From positions 288,001 to 352,000 of the forward strand of contig CAVSJV010000017.1 of assembly GCA_963728405.1 (NCBI GenBank): DNA of 64,000 nt, read 5' to 3'. Below, piece after piece: positions 56,109 to 64,000 of the stretch; positions within the stretch are counted from its first letter, which is position 1, and each line of letters opens with the position of its first letter. Source of the stretch: Methanomassiliicoccaceae archaeon (GTDB taxonomy: Archaea > Thermoplasmatota > Thermoplasmata > Methanomassiliicoccales > Methanomassiliicoccaceae). The position numbers were made by a program, and so were the translations under genes. The notes under the pieces were generated by a model, which was not told the DNA's origin, did no database searches, and saw only the letters and a list, made by a program, of their open reading frames with translations.

Positions 56109-57174
56109 ATGAGAACGGAGAACATGGAGGCCGGCTCCGCATACACCGGCAAGCTGCCCCGCGGATGCGTGCTATGTCGCCAGGGGGCCAAAATGGTCCT
56201 CTTGGTATCAGGAGAATGTTCCACTGGCTGCTTCTACTGCCCGTTGTCACTGGAGAAAAAGGGCCGGAATGTGCTCTTTGCCAATGAGAAGAGATGTTCC
56301 GACGACGAGGACATCCTCAAGGAGGCGGAGATGATGCGCGCCAAGGGGACCGGCATCACCGGCGGGGACCCCGTCGCCTGCCTCGATCGGACGATCCATT
56401 ACATCCAGATGCTCAAGGAAAGGTTCGGCAAGAAGCACCATATCCATCTTTATACCTCGTCCCTGGACATCAAGTCGTTCGAACGTCTCGAGAAAGCCGG
56501 GCTTGACGAGCTCCGTATCCATCCGTCCGTCGCTCAATGGAAAAAGATGTCAAAAACGGGCTTGGGTGCGTTCAAGAAGCGCTCCAGGATGAGGATCGGG
56601 TTCGAGGTTCCCTCCCTTCCGGGAAGCGAGGCCGCCCTCCGCTCCCTGCTTGAGTACGCTCAGGACGTTGGCCTGGACTTTGTCAACCTCAATGAGCTGG
56701 AGTTCTCTGAAGGCAACTGGGACCAGCTCAAGAAGAGAGGGTTCGAGATCAGGGACGATGTGTCCAGTGCGGCCAGGGGCAGTGAGGAGCTGGCATTGGG
56801 GATGATATCGTCGGAATTTAAGGTCCCGGTGCACTACTGCACCTCCAGCTTCAAGGATTCTGTTCAACTGAGAAACCGATTGAAGCGCCGGGCGCTGCGG
56901 GTCGCTCTTCCCTCGGACAGTCATCACCGCGGATGGAACGCTGCTCAAGGGCGTGGTGGAAGGGCCGATGGACGAGATCATGGCCTTGCTGCGTGAAAAG
57001 TACGAAGTGCCGGAAGACCTGATGAGAAAAGATGAGGAAAGGAAAAGGGTTGAGGTGGCGTCATGGGTGCTGGAGGAGATCGCCTCCGAGCTCCCGTACG
57101 ACTCCTTCCTGGTGGAGGAGTACCCCACCGCCGACCGTTTAGAGGTCGAAAGGGAGCCGCTCAGGCCACGCTGA
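56109..57174 (+). CDS. Radical SAM protein (archaeal COG2108-like; apparent frameshift at 56919)
   Basis: GC.LC..GAK.VL, CSTGCFYCP, ITGGDP, HIHLYT, LDELRIHP, NLNELEFSE, C-terminal EEYPT. Confidence 0.88.
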
Positions 57175-57591
57175 TGCTCTGGACGTTGTGGTGTCGGTTG
57201 ACGATGTCCCGGGCGATCTTGAGGTTGCGGCCTTCTTTGCCAATGGCGCGGCCCTTGACCTTCGGATCGACCGTGACGGTCGCATGAACAACGTTACCCC
57301 GGTTCTCGATTACCACGTTTCTGCACGTTGTAATTGTAGAACACGTTCCGGATGAATTTCTCCGGTTCGTCCGAGTATTCGATTACCTGGATGTTCTTGC
57401 CGGTCTGGTTCTTCAGACGGATCACAGTTCTCCCCGCCCTTGCCTACGGCCCTGTTGGCCTGACCAGGCTCGACAACGAAGACCAGCTTTTCCTCGGTCT
57501 CCATGCAGTCCTTGACCCTGGTCTTGGTAACGGCCTCGAAGAGGTTGATGTACCTCAGGGTGTCCTCAGTGAAAGTTATCTCAGACGGCAT
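57161..57591 (-). CDS. nusA: Archaeal NusA (two KH domains; apparent frameshifts near 57426 and 57320)
   Basis: RYINLFE, AVGKGGEN/V, VIEYS, KGRAIGKEGRNLK; follows rpl30e as in the conserved rpo operon. Confidence 0.92.
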
Positions 57592-57595
57592 ATGA

Positions 57596-57874
57596 TCACA
57601 ACGAAAGTATGTTAGAGGTACCCTTATCGATGACCGCCAGAGCGGATACCGAGAATGGCTTCCCACACAGAGCCCCTAGCTCCATGTTGGTACCCTCAAA
57701 CTTGACAACCTTGATGTTGTGGTTTCCAGATCTGAGGAACTCACTCGGGCAGTTATCAGCGACGATTACCATCTTGGCAGCGCCGTTGTTGACCGCCTTC
57801 TCTGCCTGCTGCACGCCGTAGACCACCTTGCCGGTGGTCGCAGCGGCCTTGATTGCTCTTCCCAAATCTATCAT
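57596..57874 (-). CDS. rpl30e: 50S ribosomal protein L30e
   Basis: [23 protein letters not shown]; operon position. Confidence 0.95.
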   Translation of the reverse strand: MIDLGRAIKAAATTGKVVYGVQQAEKAVNNGAAKMVIVADNCPSEFLRSGNHNIKVVKFEGTNMELGALCGKPFSVSALAVIDKGTSNILSL

Positions 57875-59343
57875 TCTATTGCCCCCTTAGGCCTCTTCTT
57901 TGGCTCGTAAACCAAGTGGACAGCTCCTGTCCCCAGGGTTACCGGTTGCCCTACGATGATGTTCTCGGCCACGCCGTCCAGATCGTCTGACTCTCCGGTC
58001 AGAGCGGCATGGAGCAGGTGGGTGGCAGTGATCTCGAATGCGGCCCTTGCGAGCACGCTCGATTTCCTGCCGGATATTCCGTGCCGGCCGATGGCCTTGA
58101 CGTCGCCATCATTGGTCATCAGGTCGGCCACGAGCATGATATGCCGGATGTCAACGGTCAGGCCCTGTTCCTCCAGGGTCCTGGTCGCCTCATTGATGAT
58201 GGAGTTCCGGGCAGCCTCCACCCCCAGGACCTCAAAGATCTCCTGTATGGAGTTGGTCGTGGTCCTCTTGCGGTCGACCTTCTCTTCAGCCAGTACGTCC
58301 CTGAGGTTCGAGCCAGCAGTGTAGATGATATACTCGTGCCCGGTCTTCCTCAGGATGGCCCTTTCGATACCGTCGACGCCTTGGATAACTGAGTCCCTGG
58401 TGGCCTGGACGATACCTTGCAGCTTCTTGAAGCTTGCCTCCTCGGACGATATGACCACCATCTCGCGCTCAGGGTCGTCCTCATCGGTGACCTTGGTGAC
58501 CTGCCCGCGCAGCCGGCGGTCCTTGTTAAGCCTCTCCACGATCTGATCGACACCGATGTCCTTCTGTTCGAGCTTGGCCTTGTCGGGATGGACGATTACC
58601 TTCATGTTAACGATGTCCGTCTCGATGTCCGCGATGTCCAGCAGAGTGGTCTTCTCGATCTTGGAAGCGACCTTGCGAACCATGTCGACATTGCCACCGA
58701 ACTCCGGCTCGATGTAAACGGTCATCATCGGCGTGGACGGCACCCTGCGGGCGTCCACGATCTCGATGAGACGGGGCAGACCCAGGGTAACGTTGATTTC
58801 GGCCACACCGGCATAGTGGAAGGTACGCATGGTCATTTGGGTACCTGGTTCGCCGATCGATTGAGCGGCCAGGATGCCGGCCGACTCGTTGGCGTCCATC
58901 TTATGGAGCAGGAATTTCTCATTGGCCTTCTTCAGGACCTGCTTCACCTTGTCGTTAGAGATCTTGGTCCCTTCCAGGCGTTCCGCCAGAGATACCACGA
59001 CCCGCCGAGGCAGCTCGATGTGGAGGGTTTCCAGCATGGCGTTGAGCTTGTTCTCCATATCGCTGGGAGGACGGGCCTTGAACACCCGCTCGAACTCCAC
59101 CTTCTTGGCCGGCTCGGCGGCGGCCTCCTTCTTCTCGGCCTTCTTGCCGGCTTCCTTCTTGGCCTTGCCGAGCTTCTTCTTGGCCTCGGCGGCCTGGGCC
59201 TCAGTGATCCCGAGCTCGATCATGTCCGCCGCAGAGGCGGAGGCGATGTCCCCTATGCTGTTGTACTTTTGTAGGAGCTTGTCGGCCACGGCCTCATCCA
59301 CTCCCCTCTTGACCAGCGCGTTGAACGTGTCCTTACGGGCCAT
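57871..59343 (-). CDS. rpoA2: RNA polymerase subunit A'' (Rpo1C)
   Basis: [57 protein letters not shown] motifs. Confidence 0.97.
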   Translation of the reverse strand: MARKDTFNALVKRGVDEAVADKLLQKYNSIGDIASASAADMIELGITEAQAAEAKKKLGKAKKEAGKKAEKKEAAAEPAKKVEFERVFKARPPSDMENKLNAMLETLHIELPRRVVVSLAERLEGTKISNDKVKQVLKKANEKFLLHKMDANESAGILAAQSIGEPGTQMTMRTFHYAGVAEINVTLGLPRLIEIVDARRVPSTPMMTVYIEPEFGGNVDMVRKVASKIEKTTLLDIADIETDIVNMKVIVHPDKAKLEQKDIGVDQIVERLNKDRRLRGQVTKVTDEDDPEREMVVISSEEASFKKLQGIVQATRDSVIQGVDGIERAILRKTGHEYIIYTAGSNLRDVLAEEKVDRKRTTTNSIQEIFEVLGVEAARNSIINEATRTLEEQGLTVDIRHIMLVADLMTNDGDVKAIGRHGISGRKSSVLARAAFEITATHLLHAALTGESDDLDGVAENIIVGQPVTLGTGAVHLVYEPKKRPKGAIE

Positions 59344-62133
59344 CAGTCCTCACCTCCGCTGCCTCCGGCGTCATACTCCGGCTCCTCAGCTTCTTCTTCC
59401 TCCATCGTCTCCATGAGGTCCTTTTCGATAGTGGCGTAGCCGGCCTGCTTCTTCTCCTCGATGCGGGCCAGGGTCTCGGCGTCGTCGCCCAGCACCTCGG
59501 ACAGTATGTCATCCACGTCCACAGCGTCCCCTTGCACCGAACGGCAGGGGTCCACGCCATCCTCACCGTACTGCAGCTGGATGATCATGTCGGCGGTGTT
59601 GCGGACAGTGCCATCCTGCTTCAGCTTGAGGTCCTCCAGCGCATTGATCAGACGGCGCTGCATGTAACCGGACCGGGAGGTACGGACGGCCGTATCGACC
59701 AGTCCTTCGCGTCCACCCATGGAGTGGAAGAAGAACTCGGTGGGCGTCAACCCGCTCTTGTAGGAGTTCTGCACAAAGCCTTTCGCTTCGGCGCCCAGGT
59801 CGCCCTTCTTGAAGTGCGGCAGGGTCCTGTTCCAGTAGCCACGAGACAACCTTTCACCACGAACGGCCTGTTGCCCGATGCAACCAGCCATCTGCGACAG
59901 GTTGAGCATGGAACCTCTGGCTCCCGAACGGGCCATGATGACCGCGGAGTTCTCCATACCGAGGTGACGGCCAGCGATCCGACCGGCCTCGTCACGAGCC
60001 TGACCCAGGACCTTCATGACCTCTACTTCCAGTGTCTCGTCGAGAGATCGTCCAGGCAACTGTTCGAGGATGCCCTCACGATAGGCCTGGACGAACTCGG
60101 ATACCTTGCGCACAGCGTCATGCAGAACGTCCTCGATCTGCTGGGTCGCTTCCGCTGGAATGTCCTCGTCATCGATGCCGGTGGTGAATCCTCGGACCAT
60201 GATGGCGCCGATGGCCAGCTTGGTGACGTTGTCCAGGAACTCCCGGGCCGCGTCCGCGCCGTAATCACGGGTGATCTTATCCAGGATCTTGCCCTTGAAC
60301 GAGCCGATGGCCTTCTCATCGATCGTGCCGTTCAGCAGAATGCCGTTACGGATCTTGACGAAGGCATCCAGGTCGCACTGGTCCTTTTGACAGGTCGGAC
60401 AGTTGCGGCAGATGGATGCCTTGAAGGTGATGCGGAAGTCAGCGGGCAGCACCATGGTGAACAGTTGATGTCCGGTCCAGTACTCCTTGCCGTCCACCAA
60501 TTTGGGCTTAGGCAGCTCGGTGTACTTCACCTTGGACAGTATGCTTAGCGTCTCCTGCTTGTCGAACAGGGGGTCCTGATGCGTCAGCAGGAACGTCCCG
60601 GTGATGTGGTCGTGGATGGCGCCGATGATGGGGCCGCCGAAACGGGGGGACAGGATGTGCTCCTGGACCCTCATCAGAGATTATGGCCTCGGCCCGAGCC
60701 TCGTCGCTCTGCAATACGTGCAGGTTCATCTCATCGCCATCAAAGTCAGCGTTGTACGGCGGACAGACGCACAGGTTGAACCGGAAGGTCTTCCAGGGCA
60801 TCACCCGCACGGTGTGGGCCATCATCGACATACGATGTAGGGACGGTTGCCGGTTGAAGAGCACGACGTCCTTGTCCATCAGATGTCTTTCTACGATGTA
60901 GCCGGTCTCCAGCCCATCGGCGATGGATTCGGCGTTACGGTCGGTGACCTTTATCCTGCGACCGTCGGAACGGATGACATAGTTGACGCCGGGAACATAT
61001 TTCCCGTCCACCATGGGCGGGTTGGAACCCATCTTGACCATGGCCTTCAGCTGTTCGATGTTGGCCTTGGTGATGCGCACCGGTAAGGTCAGCTCACGGG
61101 CCGCTTCGTACGGAACGCCGACCTCGTTGATGGACAACGAGGGATCGGGGGAGATGACCGTACGGGCCGAGAAGTTGACCCTCTTACCGGACAGGTTAGA
61201 ACGGAACCGTCCCTCCTTCCCCTTGAGCCTCTGCACCAGGGTCTTCAGCGGGCGGCCCGACCGGTGCCTGGCCGGCGGAATACCCGAGGTCTGGTTGTCG
61301 AAGTAGGTGGTGACGTGGTACTGCAACAGCTCCCACAGGTCCTCCACGATCAGCTGGGGCGCACCGGCGTCACGGTTCTCCCGCAGACGCTGGTTGATCC
61401 TCAGGACATCGACGAGCTTGTGGGTGAGATCATCCTCCGACCGGTCACCCGATTCAAGAGTGATGGATGGACGGACGGTCACCGGCGGAACCGCCAGGGC
61501 GGTCAGTACCATCCATTCGGGGCGGCAGGAGTTGGGGTCGATGCCCAGCGGGGGCAGGTCCTCATCCGGGATGCGCTCCAGGCGTTCCCTTACTTCCTTG
61601 GGGGTGAGCTTGTGCCCGTCCTCACGGAAGGTGGTCGGCTTGTCCAGGGTGACCTTTCCCTGCGCCTGCCCGCAGTGCGGGCATACGGTGTTCTTGGAGG
61701 CGTCCTTGGCCGTCCCCTTGGCCAGGAGGCGGTAGTCGATGGCGTCGCTACCGAGCTCGTCCATGTCCGCCCATTCCTGGGCCTTGCGGGCAGCCTCTTC
61801 CTTGGTCATGAGGAGGTGGCCGCAGGTCTTGCAGGTCGATTGGAGCAGCTTCTTGATCTCCTTGACCAGTCCGACATGGATGACCGGCATGGCCAGGTCG
61901 ATATGTCCGAAGTGGCCGGGGCACTCATCGACCTTGTTGCCGCAGGTCTTGCATCGCAATCCAGGCTCGATGACCCCTAGATGGGGGTCCATCAGACCCA
62001 TGTCGATGGGGAAACCGTCGTCGTCGTAGGTGTCGGCGGTGATTACCTTGGTGGCCGACATCTTCCTGACCTCATCGGGGGATAGGGACGAGAACTTGAT
62101 CGAACCGATCCTCTTTGAAACGCCTCGCATCAT
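59343..62133 (-). CDS. rpoA1: RNA polymerase subunit A' (Rpo1N; apparent frameshift near 60680)
   Basis: [57 protein letters not shown] motifs. Confidence 0.97.
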
Positions 62134-64000
62134 CTTAGGTCCTCCAGCTGAAGGCGCATGACGACGCCAAGTGACAGCAGCTCGTCCAGCAGCAGCTTGA
62201 ACGCATAGCTCGTCTGCACGAGGTGCACGTTCGTGTTATTGCCACATACCGGGCAGCGGATCGCTCCTCGGCGGTCCATCATAGCGATGTGGCCGCAGTT
62301 GGAGTTACCGCATACATAGAGGAACGTCCCATCGGACTCGTCGAGCAGGCGGTCCTTGATGACCATCGCCGCTCCATGACCGATCAGGCAGTCCCTCTCC
62401 ATCTCACCGAACCTTAGACCGCCCTGCCTGGAGCGGCCCTCGGTCGGCTGCCTCGTTAGGATCTGCACTGGACCACGGGAACGTACATGCATTTTCCCCG
62501 ACACCATGTGGTGCAGCTTCTGATAGTAGATCACGCCGGTGAAGATCTCGGCCTCGATCTTCTTCCCAGTCATGCCATCGTACATGACCTCCTTGCCCGA
62601 AGTGTTGAAGCCTGCGCGCCCCAGGGACTCCCTGAGGGCCTGCTCCCTCTCTCCAGAGAAGGAAGTACCGTCGATGGGCCTCGCTTCCATCGCGCCGACC
62701 TTGCCGCCGACCATCTCCAGGACGTGGGCGACGGTCATACGGGATGGAATAGCGTGGGGGTTGATGACCAGGTCCGGGGTCACACCATCACAGGTGAACG
62801 GCATGTCCTCCTGGGGGACGATGAGACCGATGACCCCCTTCTGGCCGTGCCGGGAAGCGAACTTGTCCCCGAGCTCAGGGACCCGCTCATCTCGTACCTT
62901 GACCTTGACCAGGCGGGAGCCGTTCTCCGACTCCGTCAGCATCACCGAGTCGACCCAGCCGCTCTCTCCGGGGCGGATGGTAATGGACGTTTCCCTTCTC
63001 TTCTGGGGAGTGAGGAAATCGGTCTCCTCCTCCAGGAACCGGGGCGGAGAGGTCTTTCCGACCAGCACATCGCCGCCATTGACGTTGGTCTCCGGGGAGA
63101 TCAGCCCGTCCTCACCAAGACTGGCATAGGACAGATCGGCCCTGGCACCTCGAACATCGGGAGAGGGGATCTCGAAGTGGTCCTCCTGACCCCCAGGGTA
63201 CCGGCGCTCCTCGGCCCGGTAGGTCCTCAAGAAGGTCGATCGGCCCAATCCCCGCTCGATCGATGCGCGGTTCAGGATGAGCGCATCTTCCATGTTGTAG
63301 CCATGGAAGGAAATGACCGCGACCACGAAGTTCTGCCCGGCGGGACGGTCGTTGAATGCCACGAAGTCCATGGGCTTGGTCTGCACCATCGGCCTCTGCG
63401 GATAGTGCAGGATGTGGCCGCGGGTGTCCGGCCGCTTCCGGTAGTTGGTGCAGCTGAGGCCCAACGATTGCTTGGCCATACCTGAGCCCATCGTCACACG
63501 CGGTGACGAGTCGTGCTCGGGGTACGGCACCACGCCGGCCGCCACTCCCAGGATGACCATGGGGTCCACTTCCATATGGGTGTGCTCATTGGTGAGCATC
63601 AAGGGCACCTTCATCTCCCCGTTGCAGTGCTTGCACCGTAGGAGGGCATCCTTGACTTCCACCCCCGGGTTCATCCAATCGACATCGGTGGGGGATAGTG
63701 CGCGACCGCAGTTGGTGCAGCGCTCTGGCGGGTCGTAGGGCTCGACGGCGATGAAGGAGTCCTCCTCCTCTTCGGCATCGATCCATTCCATGACCCCTTC
63801 GCGCAGCAGGTCAGCCCACTTGATCTTCCCATCACGCACGTCCTCGATGTGCTTGCGGGTGATGACCGTGCGAGCCTCTTGGATGACCAGCAGCGGTCTC
63901 CTCAGGCGGCCTTCATCACAGTTGATGATGACCTCGCTCATCTCCTCGTCATAACGGATGTTAATCTCGTTGGACAGCAACCCCTGCCTCCGGCCGGCAC
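62130..64000 (-). CDS. rpoB: RNA polymerase subunit B (Rpo2), 5' part outside the window
   Basis: [57 protein letters not shown] motifs. Confidence 0.97.
   Translation of the reverse strand, partial: AGRRQGLLSNEINIRYDEEMSEVIINCDEGRLRRPLLVIQEARTVITRKHIEDVRDGKIKWADLLREGVMEWIDAEEEEDSFIAVEPYDPPERCTNCGRALSPTDVDWMNPGVEVKDALLRCKHCNGEMKVPLMLTNEHTHMEVDPMVILGVAAGVVPYPEHDSSPRVTMGSGMAKQSLGLSCTNYRKRPDTRGHILHYPQRPMVQTKPMDFVAFNDRPAGQNFVVAVISFHGYNMEDALILNRASIERGLGRSTFLRTYRAEERRYPGGQEDHFEIPSPDVRGARADLSYASLGEDGLISPETNVNGGDVLVGKTSPPRFLEEETDFLTPQKRRETSITIRPGESGWVDSVMLTESENGSRLVKVKVRDERVPELGDKFASRHGQKGVIGLIVPQEDMPFTCDGVTPDLVINPHAIPSRMTVAHVLEMVGGKVGAMEARPIDGTSFSGEREQALRESLGRAGFNTSGKEVMYDGMTGKKIEAEIFTGVIYYQKLHHMVSGKMHVRSRGPVQILTRQPTEGRSRQGGLRFGEMERDCLIGHGAAMVIKDRLLDESDGTFLYVCGNSNCGHIAMMDRRGAIRCPVCGNNTNVHLVQTSYAFKLLLDELLSLGVVMRLQLEDLR

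Noticed and set aside
38226-62029. Long antisense and alternative-frame ORFs (e.g. 38725-39954, 44968-46149, 59532-60548)
   Set aside because: Shadow ORFs of high-GC3 genes with no recognisable motifs.
20986-62133. Split rqcH, gatD, gatE, hypB, nusA, rpoA' and aglB as pseudogenes, programmed frameshifts or RNA editing
   Set aside because: These genes are essential or conserved with intact motifs on both sides of each break. The indels share a sequence context and a strand bias unrelated to gene direction, so sequencing error is far simpler.
1-64000. CRISPR array, rRNA or intact IS element
   Set aside because: No regularly spaced direct repeats, rRNA-like sequence, transposase or terminal inverted repeats were seen by eye.

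Overview
GC-rich archaeal chromosomal window. Methanomassiliicoccales (Thermoplasmatota) is the most likely source, inferred from gatD/gatE, rps17e, rpl30e, split rpoA'/rpoA'', archaeal nusA, AglB, hypB/hypE and thyX. It is mostly housekeeping genes plus four tRNAs (Arg-UCG, Val-UAC, Thr-GGU, Arg-GCG), several large surface proteins, a relic serine recombinase and a small accessory stretch. No CRISPR array or rRNA was seen. Main observations: (1) About 30 apparent frameshifts break even essential genes. At least 18 are repaired by deleting bases inserted between C and G of ACGT, which points to a systematic sequencing error at a modified ACGT motif. (2) thyX carries a 307-aa HNH-type intein inside its catalytic motif. 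(3) A small HNH nuclease has an in-frame amber codon in its active-site motif, a possible pyrrolysine readthrough. (4) Four genes appear to need non-canonical start codons (ATA twice, CTG, ACG). (5) AglB is a ~2100-aa fusion with a long beta-sandwich stalk. (6) A ~1800-aa surface protein contains an unusual ~35-aa repeat. All family assignments come from motif recognition by eye; no searches were run.
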